Below are positions 11,476 to 23,905 of a stretch of DNA of 35,845 bases, one piece after another. Numbering within the stretch: the first letter of the stretch is position 1; the number at the start of each line of letters is the position of its first letter. The translations under genes were made by a program, and so were the position numbers. Below the pieces are notes generated by a model that did no database searches, was not told the origin of the DNA, and was given only the letters and a program-made list of their open reading frames with translations. Where the stretch lies: positions 1 to 35,845 of the forward strand of contig QPGO01000380.1 of NCBI GenBank assembly GCA_008632985.1. The letters are read 5' to 3'. The DNA comes from Psammoneis japonica (lineage: Eukaryota).

Positions 11476-12381
11476 ACGACAAAATTTGTCGCACGTCCGA
11501 CAAAATTTGTCGCATCCGACAAAATTTGTCGTGCGCATGACAAAATCGCCAAAACATCAACTGACAAGTGCAGTCTTCGCCAAAAGTTAAACTCATCATG
11601 TGGCACTGCAGTTGATGCAACGTTTGTGTTTGGGACACGCCATCGCCAATTAAATGATGTTTTTGTCTTGTTTGTCGCCAATGATTGAAATTTGTCTCAA
11701 AGGGCGTTTTTCACGACAAATCGTCCAATTCATTTGAGGGAATGTCGCAATTGGCGACAAAATGCCGTGTGTCCCAGAGCCTCCCTTGGGCAACATTGTG
11801 CATGGATGACATGTGTTCCAGCCGCACGCAACCCAAGCCATGCACAAAAACAACATTTGCACAATTTTTGCGCGGTCTCTCACTCACAAATGAGTTTTCA
11901 CCAACAAAAGCACAGATTTTCACAAATTTGACTGTTTTGCAACACTGACAAGGCTCACGTCAGTGTTGCAATGTGATTGTTTTTGTGCCATCTGTGTTTT
12001 TCATTGCAACAAACGAATCGCAACACAGCGGATGATGATCGGCCAAATTGTTGCTGTCATTTGGATGTCAACACAAGTGATTTGCATGTGATGCTTTCTG
12101 GCAGGTGTTCCACCTGCAAAGCAATCTCTGCGCACAATGAACTGCCATGCAATCAGCGTTGAGTCCACTTGGGAAGTTTGTGATGCACATCCAATGAGGA
12201 GTTGAACGCCAAAGAAAAAATTGTTTAAATGTCCACATTCTAGACACCTGTTAAAGCCCATCCACTCAAAAGCACTTCACACACAAGAAATGCTGCACAC
12301 AGGAGAGATGCATGATTCATGTGGTTCAAAATGGATTGTTGCTTTGTGCATCACCTGGGACTGGAACACGTCGGATGCATG

Positions 12382-12715
12382 CTGGAAAAGTGCTCACCAC
12401 CCATCATCTTTTGTCTGCTGCACGTGCACTTCTCTCTGCTCTTGCTTGCTGGACTGAGTGGGGCTGGTCTCATTGCAGAAGGCAGCATGTTGTCTGTTGC
12501 CATTTCCTCCAGCTTGCGCTGCAAAAATTCTGGTGAGCAACAAATGGCAATGCAACAGACAGCAACAAATCTCAATTTGATGCCAAAATAAAGAACAGCT
12601 GTCAGCTGCATTTTTTGCCCCTCTTGTCCACAATCAAATCCTCTCTGTGCCTCCAACACAGTGTCCATTTCCAAATGTCATTTCTGAGTGACAAAGAGCA
12701 ATTTGTCATTGGTGT
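12382..12715 (+). repeat. ~320-bp dispersed repeat, copy 2
   Basis: Colinear with 10198-10520. Confidence 0.85.
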
Positions 12716-13064
12716 GCATCCTCACAATTCCCATGGCATCAGCGCTGGCATCCAAGTCAGAGTGAAAAGCAATGCTGCAGCATCACGATGGCACTGTCAA
12801 TGAGTTCTGATGTGCAAAGGCTTCACAACAAACATTGAAGACAAAAATTGTGACTCATTTGACATCATTTGTGAAAGACCCCCCATTGTTGCACGCAAAA
12901 CATGGACAGAGCAACATGAAAATTGTGTGATGTGCACATGAAAACATTGAAGATGCAGCCACTCAAATGCAAAAATGATGATTTTAGAAAAATGTGTGCT
13001 GCAGGGCCCTGCCAGTGCAGACCAACATTGCCATTTGACTCTTCTGGCTGAGCTTGTGTGCAGC

Positions 13065-13950
13065 GTCCAAAGGGATTTGAAGCTGATGAAGGAGGTTCAA
13101 AAGACTTTGCAATGTGCCTGAATTGGACCCTGTGCAGACAGAAACAAGCCAGACAAGTGTGGAACAAGCACCGGGTTTAACAAGCTGATGAATGAGTTGG
13201 GTTTCACCCAGCCCAAGGTCAGCAAGCATCTGTGCACTGATGACAGTCCATTGGCAGGACCCGACAAGGAGGAAATTGGTCAAATCATCAATGAAGTGAA
13301 GGCCGCCAAACTGGACAACATGGCAGAGGGAGACATGCAAGACTTCCTTGGCATCCACATTGAAAGAAAACATTGCGGCACCTCACATCTTGTGCAACCA
13401 CCACACCGGCAACAATGTCAAGCCAAAGGATGTTCCAGCCTCATCCTCAAAATTGCCATCCAGGCACTCCAACTCTGAACCCTTTGACGGAAACTTCAAC
13501 CTTGGATCTGCCACTGGCAAACTGAGCTGTCTGGAGAAGGCCACAAGGAGTGCTGTTGCATGCATCACCCATCAACGTGCATGATTCGTGGCAGACCCTG
13601 AAAAAGAACATGGGCAAGCACTCAAATGGTCAGGATGCTGTCTCAAGGGTGCAAGGGACCAAAACACAATGCCAAAGCCTCAAAAAGGCAAAGACTCAGA
13701 AGTGCACGTCAATGACAACTTTAGCAGCAATTGGAGCCCCAAAGAGGCAGCTGCCAATTGTGATGCTGCCAGGTCCAGACATGAACACATTGTCCTGCAT
13801 GCCAGATGCCCTGTCCTTTGGAAATTGCAGCTGCAAACAGAGACCACATCAAGTTCAACCAAGAGTGAGTGCACTGCTCATCATGTGCATTGAGGAGCAC
13901 AGTGCCTCTCACAGAATTGCTCCAAGAAATGAAGCACAATGGTTTCCCAG
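13065..13950 (+). pseudogene. pol: Second Ty1/Copia pol fragment (RT C-terminal part and RNase H)
   Basis: LCRQKQARQVWNKH (from YGQKQAGRVWN), LGFTQ...CTDDS (YTDDS), QDFLGI, GKLSCLEKATRS, EVHVND (YVDAD), CPVLWKLQLQTETTSSSTKSEC (WKSQLQTEIALSSTESEY). Confidence 0.85.
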
Positions 13951-16399
13951 CTGAGTGCAAAAATGATGATTTTAGAAGAAAAAATGCACTGCAGGGCCCT
14001 GTCGGTGCAGACCGACACCATGTCAGATTGACTTGGGAGGCCATTGCAACTCGACTCTTCTCTCCAATTGCAGCCCAAATGGGTGATTTCAAAAGCAGTC
14101 TGCATTGCCTCCTTTGTCTGGGTGGGCCACCATGCCAACACCTTGGCTTGATGATTTTGTTTGACTTCCTTTCAGCTTGCATCCAACAAGACACTGAGGA
14201 AGCAGCGTGAGTCTTTGACAACATCCGTGGGGTCTTTGAGGTCTCATTGTTCTTGAAGGTGCATTGACAGAGTCGTGTTGACACCTGTTGACCAAAGTGA
14301 CCTCCAACAAAGGCTGCACCAATGGAAAACAGCAAAGGCTGTGTGTGGGGGGGGGGGGGGGTGAGAACAGTGCCACAGCAATTGCCTTTGTGACAACGCC
14401 CGCTGCCGCGGCCCCACAAACTCCTCCAAATGCTCCAAATGCTTTCTCCTCCACTTGAGTGAATGCCTCTTGAAACGAGATGGTGCCATCATGTGCTGAG
14501 CACATCCAGCAATGTGATTCAAAGGCCAGCTCAGTCAAGCAGACAACTGACTTGAGTGCTGGGCTTGCCTGAATGCCCCAACAAACTGTGGTGCCAGCAG
14601 CCCTGGCTGGCATCTGAAAGGCCTGCATTGAAGTTGACTTGCCAGCAACACACCAACAACAGAAGGGTCCACAGTTGTTGAAAAAGAGATGGCACTCATT
14701 CTCATCCAGTCTTCTCTTTGCATGCAGGAGAACATTCCCAGGTTTCAAGGAGCTGACAAGTCTTTGGAATCTTCCAAGCAGAGAGACTCCCTCTTGTTTT
14801 CTCATGCCACACTTGCAGTCAATGTGAACAACTGCACCACACCCATGCTCTCATTGTTCCATTTTTTTGAAAACAGCATGGTGATCACACAACTGCCCCT
14901 CCAACATGATCAAGTCACCTGGTTCAAAGAATCTGGACAAGCGCTGTTCTCTCAGGATGTTTTGATGGAACAGTGAGTCTTTGGTGGAGAGCCCAGCTCA
15001 AATGAAGCATTGGAGTTGAGTGGCTCTTGCATCACAGCCTGCTTCTCCAAATCAACTGTGCACTGTCAACATTGCATCCCTCCTGCCTCACAGCATCTTT
15101 GTCCAATTTGAAAACATCATCGGCGCCACACCACTCATGCTGCACTTGCAGCTTGCTCCTTGAAGAACAGCAACCCATTCCACCACATCCTCAAGAACAA
15201 TGACATGGGTGCACCTTTGTTTCTTGTTTCATCATTGTGTGAATTCTGCAATGCACGAATCAAAAACAGTCATGAAATCGTGTGGAACTGATTGACTTGA
15301 GTTGAAGCACGAATCAACCAAACAAGTGGAATTGTTCCACACTGTTCACTGCACGCAGGTCTGTGCATGAATGGCAAAAAACAGCAAAATCATTGAATCA
15401 AATTGAGCCAAGGAACAAATTAGGGTCCTGCCCTCCGATCGGTGAGGCGTTTTAAAAGGAACGGAAAAAGCACGATTTGGCGTGCCAAACCAAATGGCAG
15501 AGCACACGATGTTGACTTGTCAAGCTTCGACTCAACTGACAGGTGAGTGGGCTTGTACAAAAGCAAGCTTCATGGTGCATTGGCCAGCGTCAAAGACTTG
15601 CCGCCATGCTCACATGTGCGGGAATCTCAAGCAGCGCAGCTGTCAGTTGGCAGTGACATCCAAAGGCACAGTGCTGTGCTTGCATCATGCACTGGCTTTT
15701 TTTGTTTCACCATCCAACAGAAATCACACAACTCTTGATGGCACACAACAAGAGCCACAAGAGGAAACCGAAAAGGCTCCTTCTGATTGTCGCTTGTTTG
15801 GCATGGCTCAGAATGTAAACATCAAACTCCATTCGGGCCAAAAGCATTTCACGGTGTCAAATGCACGGCAACAAGGCACCTTCAATTCCGACAGCGGCGT
15901 GCACTCACAAAGCATGCACTGACAAAGCATTGTGCAAGCCAAGTGAATTCACCACCCATGATTGCTTCTTAAAGTCTGTGACATTGAGTCTGCCAATTGC
16001 ACCCATTTGATTTCACAAGAGCTTTCGACTGCCAGAAGTCAACGATTCTTGCAGCAGCCTCCATCTCAATCTGCGCGTGTCACATTTTTCACAGAGTCTC
16101 ATCCATTCACATCTGCTTGAGCAGATGTGACCAAAGCACGGCACTCAGTTTCAATTTCGATGTGGCACAAATTGGACATTCAAGAGCACAATGTTCGTCC
16201 ACCATGTTTTTCTTGGTGTTGTGTTTTGCTTGTTGAGTGCGCCCTGCAATCCTGTCCCTTGTTGAATCATGCCCGCTTGTTGATGCAGCATGGACATTCC
16301 CACACTTTGCCATCAAGCAAAGAATTGAGTTGTGCAAGTGAATGAAAGGTTGCAAGAATGCATGGACATCTGCCCCACACCACACACACACACATCATG

Positions 16400-18700
16400 T
16401 CATTGCAGATCCACTTGCCCATTGTTTTTTAGTTCACATGAATGCCACAATGCGCGCAGTGCCATGCCCATGAGCAAAAACCAAAATGTGAGTTTCGCCA
16501 GCACATTCATGAGTTGCGACATGCTTTGATGACAGGAGTCAGTGGGTGCAGGGCATTTTCGAAATGCAAACTGAACGGCATTCTTCAGAGCTGCCAGTGG
16601 TCCATTTCGTTTTTTCAAAGGAAGAATCGATTGTTGAGCACCCCTGATGCACTCCCCTGAACCTGCAATTTTACGCTGAAAGGTGAAAACTGGGTTGACG
16701 TGTTGATTTGCCACTGCAGCCTTCTCTGTTGTTGCATCTGCTGCCTTGCTCTTCAACATGTCAGCACAAGCAACTGCGGCCATGCCCTGACCCGTGACCC
16801 GTGGACATCAGTTGACTGAAAGGGCTCCAGTCTGGAGAAGAAAAAGGGTTGCCACTTGCACTTGCTCCAGGTGACGCGAAGGCACTTTTCAGGCTCGACT
16901 TTGGACGGTTCGTCTCTTCATCGATTGGGCATTCACCTTTCTTGGGAACAGCATTTCCAACTTGTTTTTTTGTGCAAGCAGCTTCCCAGGGGGGCATTTC
17001 ATCCGGAAAGTGTTCCGAGCCGATCTCCCAATTCTCCCAAGCTTTTGAACCGCGAAACTTCTTTGAGCTGAAATGCTTCGCGGTGATGTCAATCATTTCA
17101 ATGGAGAGCCCAAGGTGGTGTGGTGAGTCCTCATTTTCGCAAAGGTGCTTGAATGCCCAATCTCGGCTCGTGAAAAACGTGCTGTGTGACGTGCGGACTC
17201 TTTTGTCGCGACTGTCTGCGAATCCTGTTGTCTTGGCGGGTGAAGCCAACGATCGTGCGGTGTCTTCGCCTTCTTGGTCCTCGGAACTTTTTTCGATCAA
17301 AAGCATCTTCACAATTGGCGAGATTGCCCGCCTGATCTTCTTTGCATGCTGAGTCCCTGTGACTCTTGCTTCCGAGTGCAAGGGCAACCGCTGAGTCTGT
17401 GTCAAGTTGTGAGAGACAATGCCAAAACATGTTAGAAACTCGTGGACATTTGCACCAAATGGAAAGATTCGAATGGTGCCATGTGCTTGCAGCCCAGCTT
17501 GCCAGAATGTTTGCTTTCCAAGAAATTCCACATCTCTGTGGCATCATTCAAACATGTGACATTTTTGTCCCTTGACCATCCCTGGCAGAACAAAGCAGAG
17601 TTGGCACCAAGCTTGTCACAGCACTTGGCGGCCAAAGTTGCTTCATCTAGCACAAACTTTTGCAGGTGTCCCAATTTGAACTCATTGGCTGGGTCATCTC
17701 CAATTGACACAGCAAAGTCATGGACGGTTGTCAGCTTGCCATCAAGAAGCACGCAGTCATTGTTGGCACTTTTGACAACCGGTTGGAGAAGCTTGATGTG
17801 GATGGATTTGACTCATTCTTTCCAAGTGACTTCTTTGTCAGACGAAAGGCGCATCCTTTGTGAAGGCTGCTCAGCATTCTGGCTTTCACCTTCAGTGGAC
17901 TCTTCCCGTGCAATTGCCAAAATGTCGAGCAAAACACAATTGATTTCACGTGGTGCCATGATCCAGGCACGGCATTTTTCCTCGAACTCCGCAACCTCCT
18001 GACCAAGGGTTGTTTTGCTGTCAATTGACCAACCCTCATCATCAGGAAGATCTGATCACTGATCCACTGGCACTTGGGGTCGACTTTTCACTGCAACTCT
18101 GAACCTGTCCATTGGCATGTCAGCAAAACACCAACCCCTTGCTGGGAGCAGAAACTCCAATGGATCAACCTTTGGAGTGGTTGCAATGATGTGGAAAGAC
18201 AGGACGGGCTGCATTCGAGTGCACAGCTGCTTCTCTTTTTCTCTGTCACAAAGCTCGCCATCCTCCATCTCCAGGATTCTTTCAACCTCTCTTTTGAGGG
18301 AATGGAACGAGGATCCTAGATTGAGCTGCCCACTCCCACGAGTCATTCTGCTGCGGCCGCTGCTGCCAGTCAGACGTTCCACAATGCATTGATGTGCACT
18401 GAATTGTTCACTCCTTTTCGTCCGATTTGGCTTTTCCTTCTTGGGAGTCCATTCCTTGATGCTGAGATGGACAGGGATGACGTCCAGTTCTTCTGCAGAT
18501 GAGAGCACAACCTCAACAAAATCTGACTTCTTCAGTTGTTTGTTGCCCGGCATGATTTCACCCTGAGGATGCTGTGCTGCGAGAGCTCCAAGATCAAACA
18601 CACATGGTTCCTGAACTTCTGTTGCATCAGACCCCTGGGATGTCATGGCTGAAGGTGCTTTTCGACGACAATGACAACAATCAACTAAAAGCAAGAGACG
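16400..18700 (-). pseudogene. Long decayed ORF of unknown family
   Basis: Successive minus-strand ORFs (18056-18694, 17432-17752, 16761-17531, 16400-16783) with protein-like composition. No recognised domain. Confidence 0.3.
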
Positions 18701-18911
18701 GCATGTTGGGTGTCATCAGCGTTGGTTGTGATCCGCTGTCCGCGGAGCCATGCATTGCTTTTTTGTGCCAGAAATGTGCAGAAACCCACGTGTTTTCTCA
18801 CTTTTTGTCTTAGAGATTTCTGCACGAGGGCATGCCAAAAACTCCTGCAGTGACATTTGGAATTTTTGCGTTGGCGCACGCGCATTTTCAACAGATGCCT
18901 GAAATGACTGT

Positions 18912-21900
18912 AAGTTGTCATCAATCAACACTTGTCAATGATTCCTGATGGTGACCAAATCTGCAATGAGAGGCAAATCATGGAACATGTCTCTTTGGCA
19001 GATCAGAGCTCCTGATGAAACCACCAAAAATCTCAAAGTGGCACATCGTAGACTGTGCACAGTGGTGGCCAATGCGTTGTCAACAATCTGCTGAGCTTCC
19101 ATCATGTTGTGAGAGGAGGATGTCCCCTGACAACAGTTGGAACAATGTTGCCTGCAGTTTGATGCATTCTCTCACAAACAGCATCAGACTGTCGCCAACA
19201 GAATCTGAAACAGTTCACCAACAAATTCACTGCCCTTGTCATGAATGCAACGGTTTGGTCTTGGATGTCTTGCAAACCAGCAATTGGCAAACTTCATCTG
19301 CACATGATCTGAAGTCTTGTTTTTGATGCAAGACAATTCAACAAGATTGGCAACAGCATCAACGGCAGTCAATGTGCACCAAACTCAACTTCTTGTCCTT
19401 GCACTTGTGCTCTCCAAGGGCCAATTGAATCAACAGCAACTTCATCCCAAGGAACTGATGGAGCTTCTCTTGGTGGCAAATGGCCACATCCAACTCCCCA
19501 AAGTTTGTTCTTGTGGCATGCATTGCAGCGACAATTTTTGACCAATCGTTGCAGCGCCGGATGACAACAATGTGTGCAAATCGTGCAGCAAAGCAAGCAT
19601 CTGCACGCCGCAATGCCCCAGGACTTGATGATGCCATCTGATGATGGGTTCTGACGAAACAGTTGGCAAAGCAATTTTCCAATCATTCTCCTGTGCATTG
19701 ACCTCAGACCTCCAACAAATCAATGGAATTCCACCGACGCATCGAATTGGAAAATGAAGCGGATTTCTCTGCAGCTCTTGATTCAGCTGTTGATCTTCAA
19801 ACTGAAGCCTCTGTGTGTTGGGACAATTGAGAGGGTGCTGCATCTCTTCCAAACTTGGACAATTCAAAAAGCAATCCACCAACTCTTGATCTTGAACAGT
19901 GCAAAACAGAGCGCTCAACTCAGGACCCAAACCTTCTTCCAGCGACTCATCTTCTGGAGCATTGATCGGAGGAAGAGAAAAATCAACAAGGGTGCCTTTT
20001 GATTCCACCCTGGAGCTCTTCCCTTCCATGGTTTTTTCCACATGAGGAAATTGTGAAAAGAAATCAGCCAGAATGTTCTCCTTGCCTTCAACACAGCAAA
20101 ACTTGGGTCCGAGCTCTTCAAGGAAAAGGCGCCAATGAAGCACTCGTTGCATGTCAAGCGTCTTGAAGGTTCAATTCTTATGATCCGTGCAGACTGTTGT
20201 GTCAGCTCCAAGCAACACAGATCAAAACTCTTTAAAACAAAGAACTGCAGCAAGCATTTCCTTTTCCATGGCAGAGTGGTTCTTCTGAGCCAGATTGAGT
20301 TTTTGGGACCAACACGCAATCAACTTGCCATTCTGTGCAACAACCATGCCAAGCTGACAGTCACTTGCATCTGCACAAATCTGAAAAGGAAGGTTGTGAT
20401 CAGGGCAAGCAAGCAATGTGTCACCCACCACAACAGCCTTAATTTCTTCAAAGGCTCTTTGACAAGCTGGCATCCATTTGAAATGTTGTTTTTCCATCAA
20501 TTTCGTCGGTGGCACCAAAGCGTGCGATCATCGTGGCCACACATCACGACAATGAGTGATGGCCCCAATGAAAGATCTGAGTTCAGTGTTGTTCTTAGGA
20601 GGAGCAAGTCTGAGCATGGCTTTGACTTTCTTCTTCCAAGGCTTGATGCCCTCTGGGGTTGTCCAATGTCCAAGAAAATCAGTTTCCTGAACAGCCCATT
20701 CAGACTTGGGTGGGTTCACTTTCAATCCGTTCTCTTCAAGCCGTTGCAATGTGGCACTCAATGCTGCCAGATGATCTGGCCAAGTGATTGAGAAGAGACC
20801 AACATCATCAATGAAACAATCCATGTCAATGTCACTCAATGCTTCTTCGACAACTGATTGAGCAATGTCTGGAGCCAGTTTTAATCCCATCATGAGCCGA
20901 CAACATTGGAACTTGCCACAAGGAGTGACAACAGTGCACAATTCTTTCAACTCTTCATCCAATTCCAAGGCATCCATTCCTCTTCTTAAAAATGTCTAGA
21001 ATCCTTGGCAGAGGATAAAACAACCTCTTCAGTGCTTTGTTGAGCACGCAAAAATCGGACACCCTTCGCACTCGTTGACCCTTCTTGGGGACAACAAATG
21101 TGGGAGATGCCCATTGAGCAGGACCACAAGGCCTCAGCACTTCCATTTGAACCAGATGCTGAAGTTCCTTCTTGAAGACTTCTTCCTGAATCCTTGGAAC
21201 AGTGTGCGCTTGAGCGTGCGCGGGAATTGCAGCGGGGTCAATGTCCAAGTGGACCAGCTTGTGAGGATGCCAACCCAATTTTCCATCAAACAATTTGAGG
21301 AACTTGGCCAGCACTTGCTGTGATTCCAATTGCTGCTCTTTTTTGACAGATGGTGCTGCTTCTTGACCACTTCCCTCTGGCAATGCTGGCCCATGCTTGG
21401 CATCCAAGATTTGTGCAGAGAATGAGTGCAACTCAATTTCATCAACATCTTCATCTTCGACTTCTGCACCTGCCAGAGCAAAACAAGCATTCTCTGCATT
21501 GTCCCAAAAGGTGAGTTCTTTTGTGCACATGGACTCATCCAACCACTTCAAAGTCCTTGATGAAAAATTTACATTGATTCCTGCCTTGGTCAAAAAATCC
21601 GTTCCAAGAATCACGTCGCATCGGCATGGTGTTTGAAACACCAAAGCTTGTTGACAATCAATGCTCCTTGATCCATCACATTCAGGTGGCACGATTGTCT
21701 CCAAACCAATTGCTCTCTTGCTGTTCATCAGTCCTGCAGTGGCATTGCAAGCTGTTGTCTTTTCAAGCAAGTTTGGAGCAGCTCCATGCACCAAACATTG
21801 TTTGTGAATCAGAGTGGCAGCACTTCCTGAATTAAACAATGCTCTCAATGAATGAGATGAGTGAGTTCCATTCATTTGTTCACACACAAGGACTGATGCA
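18912..21900 (-). pseudogene. pol: G1 pol: protease, RT, RNase H, integrase
   Basis: LRALFNSGS...DVILGTDFL (PR); WASPTFVVPKK, TPCGKFQCCRL, FIDD (RT); ICADASDCQLG...EKEMLA (RNH); WDEVAVDSIGPW, CIHDKGSEF (INT). Confidence 0.92.
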
Positions 21901-22149
21901 GGTGCCACATTGGTGTCAATGCTTTCACCTTGGGCACAGGCATTCCGCAACAATTCAATCCTGTCAGCTCATTTTCATTTTTCTCACTCGTGATTTCATC
22001 ATTGTGCAACAAATGTGTGTCACACAAAGGTTCATGTTCAATTGGTGCACTTGCATCAACAGCAATGGCGTTGTCAACTTCAAAGCTGACACCAGGACTG
22101 GAGCGGCACTCCAAACTGCACCACAATCCAGGTCCTCCTGGACATGGAC

Positions 22150-23282
22150 CTTGTCCAATGTCTGTTCCTTCTGACATCTTGTCAGAACCTCCTGGCGGAC
22201 CGTGGCCTGCCATGTCGAAGTGGTGCACATCTGTGCCCTGTTCTTGCAACTGAGTGCCAGTTGGAGGAACTCGTCAAGCTGGATGAGCATTTGGTTCTCT
22301 TGAACTGCTCTGCACCTGATTTTGATTTGCACAATGACTCTGAAGTGAATTTTGCAGACCGCATCCATTGTCCATGCTGTCTTGGTTGCGGCCACGGCCA
22401 CATCTGCCTTGACCATGTCCAAAGCTGTTGTTGGCAATGTGACCACCGCCACGTCCACGTCCTGCAGGATTGAAACTCTGAGGACCACAATGCTGGCCTC
22501 CACAATTTCCTTGGCCTGGACATGGAGCCTCACCACATCCACGACCAAATCCTTGACCTGGCATTGGTGTTCCTCAACCACCGCCTCTCTGAAAACAAGG
22601 GTTTGGATCATGGTCAGCACTCTTGGGCACATCCTTGGCCTCTTGCGCTTTCTGGATTCATCTTCAGGCTTGCTGTTGCTCTTCTGATCAGCAAATCCTT
22701 TCTCATTGGACACACACTGAATGATGTTTTCCAAAGAATCTGTGCCGACATCCTTCCTGGCATGCACATGATTCTGCTTTGAGGTCATCGGCATTCCCGT
22801 GAATGCGTTGTTTTTGATTTGCTGCTCATTGAGCAAAAGCTCAGTGCCTGGCAGTTTGTTGACACAATGTGACATCTGAATCATTCTGTCAGCACTTTCA
22901 CAAGGAGAATCACCACAAGGTTTAGAAAATTTTTTCAAGAATTCAAACATTGCATCACGAGCTTGATGATCGCAGCATTGTTGATGGACCTGCCCATGGT
23001 CCGATCTGCTTCCGCAACACCCGAAACAAGATTGCTTCGCACATCTTGAGCATTGTCTTTGAGTGCTTCTTCAAAATGAGTGAATTTCTTGGGTCCTTCA
23101 TCACAGTCCAGATGCTCAACACAGCTCTCAAAGTGCTCTGCTGCACAAAGCAAACACTCAATGCCGTGCTTGCCAGTGAACTGAGGACAAATTTTCTGTT
23201 TCTTGGTGCCACCATTGCAGTTCTGTACGAGCTTCACTTTGGTGCCCAAAATTTCAGTGTTTGAAGGTTGGCTTGCACACAA
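22150..23282 (-). pseudogene. gag: G1 gag remnant
   Basis: KICPQFTGKHGIECLL...FTHFEEAL, followed by a Gly/Arg-rich tail, upstream of the protease. Confidence 0.7.
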
Positions 23283-23512
23283 AGCACGGTGCTCTCAGCG
23301 ATGCTCTCACCAAATGTGACAATTGCATTTGTGGCAAAGACTGCCACAACAAAGAAAAGAGAAAGAAAGAACAAGACACAGTGTGATCACAGTGAATGGT
23401 CTTGACAAGTTGTCCAAGAACACGTTCTAAAAATCACAAGGAAAAGCTGCGATTGACTGCAGCCACAGTGCTTGGGTTTCTGCAACAGAAAGAATTTCTT
23501 TGAGGTGTCAAC

Positions 23513-23846
23513 TGCAGTGTCGCACACCCCATTTTTCTGATGTGCAGTGTTGATGATCCCACCAGATGCAAGAGGAGCCATTGCAATGGGCATCGCTGAA
23601 AGCGACCTCATCACCTCGGTCTCTCTCTCACGACTTTGTTGTCACTCAAGTCTTCACCTCATTGGACCTTGCACTGTGATTGCAGTCAACTCAAGAGCTG
23701 GATGGAGACTGGGAACAACACAAACAGATTGAACAAACATGAGAAAAGAGAATTACGAGCAAGAGCAGCAGCTTGGGCTTTGACCACCAGAAGCAAGTGC
23801 AACAACGCAAATGACACAAGCAGAATTTGGCAAGCTGAGTGCATCA
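23513..23846 (+). repeat. G2 5' LTR (TG...CA)
   Basis: Start matches the reverse complement of 31297-31393, which abuts a PPT. Remainder matches 35214-35845. Ends in CA just before a TGG. Confidence 0.75.
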
Positions 23847-23848
23847 AT

Positions 23849-23866
23849 TGGAGTCAAAGGCAGAGT
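23849..23866 (+). promoter_or_regulatory. Putative primer-binding site
   Basis: TGGAGTCAAAGG 2 nt after the LTR end, conserved in G3 (35200-35211, minus strand). Cognate tRNA not identified. Confidence 0.5.
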
Positions 23867-23905
23867 CCTTGGAGAGGACTGTTTCGCAATTGCACTCCAT
23901 GTTGC

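Larger units (their letters stand above)
10698..11774. mobile_element. Non-autonomous TIR element, PIF/Harbinger-like (1077 bp)
   Basis: TIR GGACACACGGCATTTTGTCGC, with imperfect extension over ~120 bp. 3-bp TSD CAG at 10695-10697 and 11775-11777. Superfamily inferred only from the GG terminus and 3-bp TSD. Confidence 0.8.
18912..23300 (-). mobile_element. Ty3/Gypsy element G1, internal region (gag-PR-RT-RNH-INT), 3' truncated, LTRs not found
   Basis: Domain order PR-RT-RNH-INT is diagnostic of Gypsy. Its gag is similar to that of G2/G3 (CPxFxGxHGIExLL; HHFD). Confidence 0.92.

Noticed and set aside
10935..11535. CRISPR-like array of palindromic repeats
   Set aside because: No unique spacers of regular length and no cas genes. 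The repeats lie inside a TIR element in eukaryotic TE context.
10198..12715. The two ~320-bp direct repeats as LTRs of one element
   Set aside because: No TG...CA ends, PBS, PPT or TSD identified, and no retroelement coding sequence between them.
14347..14361. Poly-G run as a functional G-quadruplex
   Set aside because: Isolated homopolymer with no supporting context, and its length is unreliable.
15420..15425. TTAGGG telomeric seed
   Set aside because: Single unit, expected by chance.
18895..18913. Tc1/mariner right end (…ACTG|TA)
   Set aside because: No matching left TIR or DDE transposase found in the window.
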